Assembly (NCBI GenBank): GCA_900617105.1
Contig: UYFQ01000604.1
Coordinates: 1-55,776 of the forward strand
From: Hydrurus foetidus
Lineage: Eukaryota
Length of the DNA: 55,776 nt
Reading direction: 5' to 3'
A program made the position numbers and the translations under genes. The notes under the pieces were generated by a model, which saw nothing but the letters and a program-made list of their open reading frames with translations, did not search any database and was not told the DNA's origin. How positions within the stretch are numbered: position 1 is the first letter of the stretch; the number at the start of each line of letters is the position of its first letter. Positions 13,518-22,832 of the stretch are shown here, one piece after another.

Positions 13518-14442
13518 CCTGCCCCGTTATTTGATGCAGCTTTCGCCAAAATTCAGTCAACTTATTCCAACATATCGTCGGGAGATGATGGACTCTCTGT
13601 TCTTCAGTATAAGGGGAAGTGAGATGTCAGCGAATAAGCATGCCTTCGCTCTCAGTCTGAGAGGAAAGTCTGAACAACGAAACCGGCAATTTCCAGACTC
13701 CAGTACTATAAACTGTGACACTGTATGGATAACTCTCTTTGTGACAGTTTGTCCGTGGGAAAATATCTGTATCTACTATCTACTATTTGTTGAGACAAAT
13801 GTGGCTCCATATTTGGAACTTGATATCTTTCTTCTAGGTGAACTTAAACATGAAAGTCTATGTATCTCTAGAGTGTTCTACCAGTCATGCATTGTATACG
13901 CAAGCTTTTTTCTTCACGTTCCGCGTTTAAAGTTAAAGTTCAAGAGCGCTTGAAAGAACTCTATCTGTCTCCATAAATGTTCTTCAATTTTACTTATTTC
14001 AAATCCTGTGTAAAAATTCTTTGCAGCAAAGCTCCATTACCCTGTATTTGATGAAAATGTCCTGATCTAATCCCACACATCTTTTATTTCTCCTGTTCAG
14101 TGTAATTGCATCTACTAATTTTCGACCACATTTCTGGTTCGTTGCAGTTCCTTCATCCGTATCATTTCCATAGTACAGATAAAAACGTTTCAAGTACATA
14201 GGAACATCCGCCCGATTCATTTACGTCTGAAATGAAACAGCTATGACTCTATTGCTTCTTGAAAGTTACTTTTCCGCGACGGATTACCAAATTGTTGTTG
14301 ATTTTTGTTACTTGTCCTAAGATCAATCATAATGAAAAGTAAGTGTGACCAGCCAGCAGCATTTGTTCTGAATTTGCATCTGTTCTGTGGAATGTGGAAG
14401 GGGGTACGGTCTTGGGTATTGGGTCATTTGGAAGATCCACAG

Positions 14443-14806
14443 TGTTGTGAAAGTGGACACAAAGGTGATACGCGTACGTCTGTACGGTCGTTCACACGCT
14501 CCCCACTGCTAGACTCTCCGACTGCTTCTCTGTTGGCGCGCTCCGGCGGTCAAGATCACACGAGTTGGCTACGAGTTTTGGGTTAATTAGCACTGCCGCA
14601 ACGTAGCAGTTATCGGTGGTTGTGGTCTGAATTGCAGTGATGTTGTAGTAGTTGCAGTTGTACTTCTACTACGTGTACATCACATCGTTTGCAGTACGAG
14701 TTTGAACGTGAGTGTTCTTACGTGTACATGAAACGACATACAGATACACAATTCATATACGGAATATCACAATTCAAATTCGATTTATATAATAAGTACG
14801 ACTACA
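14443..14806 (-). repeat. 3' LTR of the copia element (364 bp)
   Basis: 14443-14717 is identical to 20340-20614. It begins TGTAGT directly after the PPT and ends CAACA. Confidence 0.93.
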
Positions 14807-15247
14807 CACCCCTATGATGTGTACATTATCGAGTTAGTTCAAGTGTTCGGCTTACATTTCTTACTTAACTTAACAATGCAATTTTAATTCAATTTTTATT
14901 AATTTTTATTTCAAACATATTCATTCAATTTATGACTATGGCTTATGTCTAACTAATGACTCCGGAATGTTACGTCGACGTCTTCTTTCTTTGATCCTTG
15001 ATCGGAAATTAATCGTTTGGGTTGGTAGAATTTAGTAGAGATAGATGTAGTTGAAGGTTGGAAGTCTTGGTCTTGGTCTTGAGTGTTCAGGTCTTGGAGG
15101 TTGGTAAGGAAGGTAGAAGGTTTGAGATTGAAGGAGAATTGATTCACACATAAATATAATACAATGCATCAGGATGATGTTGGCCAAAGTGGTAGAAAAG
15201 ATTTAGGAAAAGCGTAGGTAGAAGGAATTATTTATGGAGTGGAATAC

Positions 15248-18200
15248 TCAGGTGGTGTTGAGTAGTTGGTTTCGTTGAGCTCTGAACTGCTCTCCTTGGA
15301 GTGGTTTTGTTAGCATATCTGCTAACATGTCGGTTGTAGGTTTATATATGATGGTGATGTCTTTTTCTTTTATCCGGTCATGCAAAAAGAAATACCGGAT
15401 ATCAATATGTCTTGTACGTTCACTGTTGGACCGACCGTTATTGATGAGTTGGATGGTGGATTTGTTGTCTTGAAAAATGATGGCGCTCCTGTCTTGATAT
15501 CCTTGGTCGATGAGAAATAGTCTTGTCCATAGCACTTGATTGGCAGAGTCACTCAGTCCCACTAGCTCCGCTTCCGTGCTTGATTTGGTGGTGAGTTTCT
15601 GTGTCGAACTCTTCCCATAGATTGCTCCCTTGCCTAGCGTGATCACACTCCCCGTATGGCTCTTCATGTCTTGATGTACGCCATAAGATGCGTCTATGTA
15701 GCTCGTGACGGTGATAGGTTCGTCAATCTTCAGCGTTAGTCCAAGGTCTTTACTGCCTCGGATGTACTGGATGGTACGTTCCAATTTCTTCATATCCTCC
15801 CCCTTGGGCTTCGTTACTCTCTTTGTCAGGAATGCTACCGGCGTCAGGATATCCGGTCTTGATCTTTTACTTAAGTATAGTAGCTTGGCTGTAATAGAAT
15901 GGAAATACTCACGAGCATAAGTGGTTAACAAGGGGTCAATATTATCCGGTTTGACTAGAAATAAATCTGTCTTAGCCGGTGTGGGTGACACCCCTAGAAT
16001 CTCCTTGCAATCTTCAAGCAGCTCTTTAATAAATCCTTCCATAGTTATCCTAACTTGTCCCGCTGTTTCAAAGTTGAAAGTCATACCTATATAATTAAGA
16101 ACTTTTCCTCGATGTTTGGTTAGTCCAGGATATAGTTTTTCAATTTCATCTATCACCATATCAACATGTTCATCATCACAACAAGTTATCATCATATCAT
16201 CAACATGAATTATTAATGTAGTTTGTTTATTATTATGTTCAGTTCGATTAAACACACACATGTCATAAGCATTAGCATTATAGCCTAACACCGACAAGTC
16301 ATGTGAAATTTTATCATACCATAGTTTTGCAGATTCAACACATCCATACAATGCTTTTTTCAATTTCACAATGCATGTTCCTTTATCATTAACATATCTC
16401 ATATAAGATTTATCAATCGAAATCAACACGTCAGTTAAATATTTATTCAGTCTCATAAATACAGTGTGGCTACCTTCAAGTGGCATATCACTGTTCAAGA
16501 ATGCACCAGGAAAATCAATCGTAGCTAATGATCTATTCTCTTTGGCAGCAATCGATGCAATTATAAACACACTAGTAGTACTGACAGTAGGTGAAGATCC
16601 GTTATCATATATCTCTCTATCTTGTAAATGACCTCCTGCAACTAGTCTAGATTTTAACTTATCAAATTTACCCTCAGCTGTATACTTATCTTTTAAAAAC
16701 ATACTGCTAGTTATGATGTTGTTTCTCTGTAATGGACTAAGCGAGTTGATCAGTACTCCCTCCCACACATCTTTATCACACATCTGTTTCATTTCTTTTC
16801 TAATGGAATCTACTGCTATATCACCTAGCTTACTTATTCCATCTTTAATTGTCATATTAAAATTATAAGAGATATCATAGTTGTGTGACATGTCAGTTAT
16901 ACAACATCCTATGTTATTATTTCTTCTTCTAGTTACCCATCTACCTGGCTGATGGTTTCTAGCACTACTTCTCAAAGCAGGCTGTTCAATCTCAGGTAGT
17001 TCATCGGTAAGTACGTCATCAACAGTGTACGTATCATCTGTTACATTATCAGGTACGTACGGTGTAAGTACATCATCTTCGATATACGTGCTCTCTACTT
17101 CAGGTGTGTCATATTCTATCATAGTATCGTCATACTCAACAGATTCAATATTCACATCATCAGTCTCTAGCTGTACATCATCAAAATTATTTATTTCATC
17201 AACATCATCAATTACCTCATCAATATCATCAGTCACCTCAACGTCAGTCGGTTCATCGATGACAGGTAATTCATTTATGACAGATTCAATATGAAGTTCA
17301 TTGTTATATGAGTCATCATACATTTCATCAGAATATTCATTAACATTATTACTAACAGCTCTCTTATTATATCTATGCATTAAGTCATCATCATAGTCTA
17401 ATCCATCATCAGGTATTAGTCTTCTATTCTGTTCAAACACAGGCTGATTAGTATTGTTAATCTTATTTAATTTTCTCTTCTCTGATAACTTATTAATATA
17501 CATAATCACTTCATCAGGAACAGGTAATGGTGTAGCTTTAGTGCGTTTGACTATCTGTTCATTACTGAGTAACATATAATACCAAGATCCTTCTAAGTTG
17601 CCCGCACTCATAAGAGCTATAGCACCTGAAGTTCTTGATTTATTAGAGTTATCAATATTATCAGAATGAACTTGCACATAGTCACCAAAACCGTGTTTTA
17701 ACTCTTTGTCTACGTTAATCTTTCTACCGTAAAGTTTTTCTCTCGGGCTAGCATACTCTACGGTATTCCTGGTTGGTACCAGTACTATTCTGTTAACTGC
17801 ATATCTAACTAGCCATCCTTCTAATTTCTCAGTCAGATTATATGGTAACGTATTTACAACTGCTCTGACCTTCTCTTTAACTTGTCTTATCTTACGCTCT
17901 ACTACTGTCACCGCTTCTCCTGCACCTGACGTATCTAGAGCTGTACCTATGGATGCTAACTTAGTCTCAAACCAGATTGAGTTGATGGCTCCTTCACCAT
18001 CTACCCTCACTAGGTCTATACTAAAGCCATACTTAGTGATATGTCTTATATCGCTCTCTAAGCTAGTCCATAGTGTAAGGTTATCTCTCTTAGCTAACTT
18101 ATTAACCATAACGTATTCTAACGGTTTAACAACGGCAATTAAGAATGGGTTGCCGTTAACAAACATAAGGTCTATGTACATGATCTGATTTCTATCTTGT

Positions 18201-18640
18201 ACAATATCTAACAAAGGTTGCTCTTCTTCAATCTGTGCCTGATGGCTTGGCGTTTTCCCTTTTAGGGAGCCTAAGTCAGGACCCCAGATATCCAAAGCTC
18301 TAACTACATCTTGCGCTGTTATGTCTGATTTAACTAGTTTACCCTGTCCTATCAGCTTAACTAACTGTCCTGGACTGGCATATCCTAATTTCCTCTGATA
18401 TTCTCTAGCTAACTCAGCTTGTTTAACTTGTCTAACTGTATACTTCTTCATCTTATCATTAACTGTAGTAACTAACATTAACTTAGGCTTACTTACCATA
18501 CTGTTGAGATCGCATATATATATATTAAACTTCTTATCTCTGTTAAAATAATAACAACATCCGCCTTTGCTCACTTGCAAACTGTAAAAATCATGTTTAC
18601 TACTATATGAAACTGAGTAACAATTATTTACCATATTCAA
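15248..18640 (-). CDS. pol: Copia pol: integrase, reverse transcriptase, RNase H
   Basis: IN: YIDLMFV, VDGEG, VERKIR. RT: KSRLVAGG, DFPGAFL, LKKALYG, IHVDD. RNase H: YIDASY, SSTEAE, QDNKS, HIDIRY, ADMLTKPL. Open for 1130 codons. Confidence 0.96.
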   Translation of the reverse strand: MNMVNNCYSVSYSSKHDFYSLQVSKGGCCYYFNRDKKFNIYICDLNSMVSKPKLMLVTTVNDKMKKYTVRQVKQAELAREYQRKLGYASPGQLVKLIGQGKLVKSDITAQDVVRALDIWGPDLGSLKGKTPSHQAQIEEEQPLLDIVQDRNQIMYIDLMFVNGNPFLIAVVKPLEYVMVNKLAKRDNLTLWTSLESDIRHITKYGFSIDLVRVDGEGAINSIWFETKLASIGTALDTSGAGEAVTVVERKIRQVKEKVRAVVNTLPYNLTEKLEGWLVRYAVNRIVLVPTRNTVEYASPREKLYGRKINVDKELKHGFGDYVQVHSDNIDNSNKSRTSGAIALMSAGNLEGSWYYMLLSNEQIVKRTKATPLPVPDEVIMYINKLSEKRKLNKINNTNQPVFEQNRRLIPDDGLDYDDDLMHRYNKRAVSNNVNEYSDEMYDDSYNNELHIESVINELPVIDEPTDVEVTDDIDEVIDDVDEINNFDDVQLETDDVNIESVEYDDTMIEYDTPEVESTYIEDDVLTPYVPDNVTDDTYTVDDVLTDELPEIEQPALRSSARNHQPGRWVTRRRNNNIGCCITDMSHNYDISYNFNMTIKDGISKLGDIAVDSIRKEMKQMCDKDVWEGVLINSLSPLQRNNIITSSMFLKDKYTAEGKFDKLKSRLVAGGHLQDREIYDNGSSPTVSTTSVFIIASIAAKENRSLATIDFPGAFLNSDMPLEGSHTVFMRLNKYLTDVLISIDKSYMRYVNDKGTCIVKLKKALYGCVESAKLWYDKISHDLSVLGYNANAYDMCVFNRTEHNNKQTTLIIHVDDMMITCCDDEHVDMVIDEIEKLYPGLTKHRGKVLNYIGMTFNFETAGQVRITMEGFIKELLEDCKEILGVSPTPAKTDLFLVKPDNIDPLLTTYAREYFHSITAKLLYLSKRSRPDILTPVAFLTKRVTKPKGEDMKKLERTIQYIRGSKDLGLTLKIDEPITVTSYIDASYGVHQDMKSHTGSVITLGKGAIYGKSSTQKLTTKSSTEAELVGLSDSANQVLWTRLFLIDQGYQDRSAIIFQDNKSTIQLINNGRSNSERTRHIDIRYFFLHDRIKEKDITIIYKPTTDMLADMLTKPLQGEQFRAQRNQLLNTT

Positions 18641-19058
18641 AAGACAAAATGTTAGCTATACAACTAGGATCATAATAAACTACGCCAAAATCAGTATTCC
18701 CGCATTCTCTTATAACCATCGGCTTGCCTTTGCTATTTACTCCGTTAACTACTAAGGGTGTGTGTGTGCATGCAATGTCATAGAACAGAGTTCTAGTTCT
18801 AAACACAGATTCACCAGCACATGTGTCTAACAGGAGTTGATAGTCATGGAATACATTAACAGAATTCGATAAATCTAAACTAAATATTACTCTATCCGTT
18901 TCGGTGACATCCTCCTCTTCATCCTCTTCATCTAATTGTTTTACATATTTAATAGTGGAGAATTTTACATGTCTATCAACACTGTCACATTGCACATTCA
19001 TTTCATCACTGCTAGCTAAGTCATCATGTAAAGAATCATATAATCCACTTACTTTCCC
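18624..19058 (-). CDS. Copia aspartic protease segment of pol (in the -1 frame of gag; out of frame with IN-RT at ~18640)
   Basis: LLLDTCAGESVF active-site-like motif, then VNGVN and ANILS. No convincing independent start codon. Confidence 0.8.
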   Translation of the reverse strand, partial: GKVSGLYDSLHDDLASSDEMNVQCDSVDRHVKFSTIKYVKQLDEEDEEEDVTETDRVIFSLDLSNSVNVFHDYQLLLDTCAGESVFRTRTLFYDIACTHTPLVVNGVNSKGKPMVIRECGNTDFGVVYYDPSCIANILSFEYGK

Positions 19059-20287
19059 TTTGCAGGTGGTGGTGTGCCTTTGCCGCCCGGACTCCTGGGA
19101 CCAGCCTCCTTCCAGTACTGTTCCTCCATTGGCTGCGCTTCTTCTCTGCACTCTTGCGCGAAATGTCCGTACTTGTTGCAGTTATTGCACGGTCCTCTTT
19201 TGTATCCAAAAGGTGGTGTTTTGCTGGCAGTGTATACTGCTACTGTAGATCCTTTCTCGTTTTTGTATCCCTCAGGGGAATCGGGTCCCGGACCGTCCCT
19301 CACCCACTTCCCGTTAGGTGTACTCTTCCCGTTGCGTCCTCCCGGGTACCCTCTGCCTCCTCTTCCACCTCTTCCGTGGAATGCGAATGCATTGGCACGT
19401 TCAAATGCTGCTGCATTTGCTTGTGCTGCAACTCGACGATGAATAGGGTTGAATTTTGTTGCCTCAAAGTTGGCATCGTTGAGGTTGTTCGGCCAAGGCT
19501 TCAGTCTATTAATGTAAAAAGATTTGAACTCATCGTAATGATGGTTCAGTCCCATAGTAAATTTTATAGCCATTTGGCTTTCTGGATACATGCCATCAAT
19601 TTCATGTTGGCCAATCCTCGCGTATGCCTGCTCTATCCCAGTCAATGCTGATCTAAAGTTTATGTAATAGTTGCTGAGAGACTCATGGGAGCCCATAACT
19701 AATACGTTGTATCTCTGAATGATGTTGAATAGTTGATGGTTCTCCTCTAGTGTCGAATCTCCAATATGTGTTGATAATATTGCTTGGAGTAGCTTCCGCG
19801 GATCAAATTCAGTGACGGCTTCCTCACCGACCGGATCCTCCCGTGCTCGGATCTTGGAGCTTTCTGACATTTGTCCTAGCATAAATCCGTACAACTTTCT
19901 CTTATCATCCTTCAGTTTTGTAACTAGCTTCTTATACTCCGCGTAGTCAATCTTCCATTTCTCCTTCTCGATCGGCGTTGCATCCACTCCTGGGTCCAAC
20001 GGCACCACGTATACAGGATAATCTCCAAGAGTTCCATCTTGCCCAAAGATTAAACTGATCGTGGTGTCGTTATTGGACATTGAGTACTCCTTCAATTTGA
20101 TCATCCACTTGGTAACCGCGCCCGGGGCAATTTCCTTCCCTGGCGGTAGATCCAAGTATGCACCAATCTGAGGTATTGTCCCTCGTTGATGGTTGTTCGC
20201 TGGTGCATTTCCTCTGCCACCACGACCGAAATAACCTCGTCCACGACCTCCCTGCTTCTGTTGCTGGGGAGATCCACGTCCTTTCAT
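19049..20287 (-). CDS. gag: Copia gag (RGG-rich ends, CCHC zinc knuckle)
   Basis: First ATG after the LTR (MKGRG). Zinc knuckle CNNCNKYGHFAQEC. Capsid-like MGSHESLSNYYINF and FTMGLNHHY segments. Confidence 0.9.
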   Translation of the reverse strand: MKGRGSPQQQKQGGRGRGYFGRGGRGNAPANNHQRGTIPQIGAYLDLPPGKEIAPGAVTKWMIKLKEYSMSNNDTTISLIFGQDGTLGDYPVYVVPLDPGVDATPIEKEKWKIDYAEYKKLVTKLKDDKRKLYGFMLGQMSESSKIRAREDPVGEEAVTEFDPRKLLQAILSTHIGDSTLEENHQLFNIIQRYNVLVMGSHESLSNYYINFRSALTGIEQAYARIGQHEIDGMYPESQMAIKFTMGLNHHYDEFKSFYINRLKPWPNNLNDANFEATKFNPIHRRVAAQANAAAFERANAFAFHGRGGRGGRGYPGGRNGKSTPNGKWVRDGPGPDSPEGYKNEKGSTVAVYTASKTPPFGYKRGPCNNCNKYGHFAQECREEAQPMEEQYWKEAGPRSPGGKGTPPPAKGK

Positions 20288-20328
20288 CGTTGCAATGTTT
20301 GGTTGCAAACTTCAAATTGGAACGATGA

Positions 20329-20339
20329 AGTGCTAATTA
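20329..20339 (-). promoter_or_regulatory. Non-tRNA primer-binding site (TAATTAGCACT), complementary to LTR positions 20491-20481
   Basis: Lies directly after the LTR-terminal CA, lacks TGG, and is a perfect 11-nt reverse complement of AGTGCTAATTA inside the LTR. Confidence 0.75.
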
Positions 20340-20705
20340 TGTTGTGAAAGTGGACACAAAGGTGATACGCGTACGTCTGTACGGTCGTTCACACGCTCCC
20401 CACTGCTAGACTCTCCGACTGCTTCTCTGTTGGCGCGCTCCGGCGGTCAAGATCACACGAGTTGGCTACGAGTTTTGGGTTAATTAGCACTGCCGCAACG
20501 TAGCAGTTATCGGTGGTTGTGGTCTGAATTGCAGTGATGTTGTAGTAGTTGCAGTTGTACTTCTACTACGTGTACATCACATCGTTTGCAGTACGAGTTT
20601 GAACGTGAGTGTTCGTACGTGTACATAATTTAAACGACATACAGATAATAGCATCACAATTCATATACGGAATATCATAAGTACGATTTTATATAAGTGA
20701 TATTA
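20340..20705 (-). repeat. 5' LTR of the copia element (main part; its outermost bases lie at 24569-24573 beyond the Harbinger)
   Basis: Direct repeat of 14443-14806, interrupted at a TTA by the Harbinger. The remaining CTACA and the TSD CACAG follow the Harbinger right end. Confidence 0.92.
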
Positions 20706-20928
20706 GGCCAAACCTTATAGCGCCACGGATTACACATTTTTAATCGAAAATTCGTCATCCTGCCAACTTTCAGACCCATATAGCGCCTCGGAATCGTATT
20801 TTGAATTTCGTATTGACTGATTTCAACAATTCGTAACGAGATATGGGGCACTTCTTCGTAATCCAATTCTCGTTTTGGATGACGATATTGAGATTACATT
20901 CAAATCACATTCAAACACCAATATCTCA

Positions 20929-22643
20929 ATGGCGGCAACAAAGCGCCAGTTGCTGGTCGTCAGATCCAAACAGTTCTTGTTGATTGCCCGAGCGGGCATG
21001 TCAATTCCATCATATGAAATGTCGCTCGGGCAAATCCAAGACAAAATGATGACGCAAATGCATAGTCATGTATCATCCTTCATCCAGCCGGCTTCCATAC
21101 GCCTTTTGAACAAAGACAAATACCTTCGGACCTGCAAATTTATGAATCCTAGCGTCGAAGTGGATGATGAGCACACGGGCATCAGTTTATGGAGGAAATA
21201 CGCCGATATCAAAAAATATGTTACCAATAGCATTACTCCCTTCTATTTCAAATGTCTGGGGAAGGATGGTCTTATTCCTTCGGGAAAATCAAAGGAGGAG
21301 ATTCTATACAAGACTCGGGAGTTGCTGTTCAAGTCTGAACAGGAAGCTGCGAAGAGCCGTTCGAAGAATCCTAGAGGATACGTCGTGAAAGAATTCTCCC
21401 CTGATTGGTATCCTACAGAATGGGAAGTGTTTCTTTTGTATGGAGCAGCTTCAGAGAAGCCTGATAAAGCCTTCTACATGGAGTAAGTTGATGTCTGCTT
21501 ATTTTAATTCTTAGATACATTGCTAATGATAATTGTACGTCATCAGGAAGTCCTCTGGTCCATCGTCTCTATCCTCCTCCTCCCAAAATCAACCGACCAA
21601 GTCTCAGAATCGCAAGACTCAAAGACATTTGCAGAGGAAAGAAGAGCTCCAAAAGATTAATGTGGAGCTCAAGAAACCATCCAAGCATGACCAACTTATC
21701 GATCAAGAGTCGAAAGTCAGTGCCAACAACTTGGCCATCAACAAGGCAATGGTGGAGCTGAAGTTGAGACAACAGGTAAATTTTATAATCGAATACAACT
21801 AAATCACACTTTAATTCATTGTATTTTCTTCCGCAGAGAATCCTGGAGCTTGAGAAGTTGCTGAGCCTGGAGTTCTTGCCGGATCTGGACCGAGGACCAT
21901 TGCAAGATGAATACATGAATTATTTAATGAATGGCGGACCCGGTATTCAAAATTATCAGCCAATCAGGGAAGATCCACCTGAAGCTGAGACAGAAGTACC
22001 TATTGCAACAGTCCTTAGTGATGTGGAGGAGCCCAATCCCATGGATACTAGCACCCAGTCCATCACCTCTCGCATAACATTAGAGAAGTATAACACAGAC
22101 GCAGACACGGATGAGGATGACAATGCGGGAGAGGAGGGAGGCGAGGGGGATAACGGAGAGGAGGATGAGAATGGAGAGAACCTAGAAGAGAATGAGAGTG
22201 AGGAGAACAAAGATGAGGCAGCTGACGAAGATGAGGGAGAATCTGGAAAGAGATGGGAAGATGATGGCGAAGACGAAGAAGAGAAGGAGATGATTGAGAA
22301 GGAGAAAAGCTATGGAACCATTAGAACCAACCCATCGAAGTCAAGGAATGCTGTCTTTACTCCAAGTGAGCCTACACAAGACTCTTCTGAAACCTCCTAT
22401 GAAATGTTCGAACGCCGTCAAAGTCAGGTTCCAATCACAAGACCTTTCGTATCCCGAAACACTTCCTCCTCTTCATCTTCTTCGTCGAGTTCATCTTCTG
22501 CTACAAGTGTTGAATCCGGAAGGGTGACAAGAGGCTCGGCCACCAAGAGATCAAAGGGCGAGGTCAACGTTACTGTGGAAGAGGAAGATAATGAGGACTA
22601 TTTCTCGGTGCCAAAAAGGGCAAAAAGGGGAAGAAATAATTGA
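20929..22643 (+). CDS. Harbinger accessory (putative Myb/trihelix-like DNA-binding) protein; exons 20929-21482, 21547-21775, 21837-22643
   Basis: Lies inside the TIRs. Two short GT-AG introns preserve the frame. SLWRKYADIKKY helix, acidic and Ser-rich tail, C-terminal NLS-like PKRAKRGR. The Myb-like assignment is by position and analogy only. Confidence 0.78.
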
Positions 22644-22832
22644 ATTTCATATCAAATGATGTCTTTTAAATTACAATTGTATGTCACATGATATCAATAA
22701 ATATTTACAGAATGTTAAATGAGCTTATATTCGACGTAGGAGGTAAATTTGTTTTTTTTTTTAAAATCAGTGATCAGGATTCAGTGATTCGTTAACGGAT
22801 TTTCAAATTACTTAAATTATAAAAAGTTATTT

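Noticed and set aside
13550..14300. ORFs 13507-13953 and 13999-14220 as a gene broken by the copia insertion
   Set aside because: No motif, multiple stops, and no continuation on the far side of the TSD.
14807..15247. Extra ORF or env-like gene in the copia 3' region (ORF 14953-15147)
   Set aside because: Only 64 codons, low complexity, non-ATG start, no TM segment; treated as 3' UTR.
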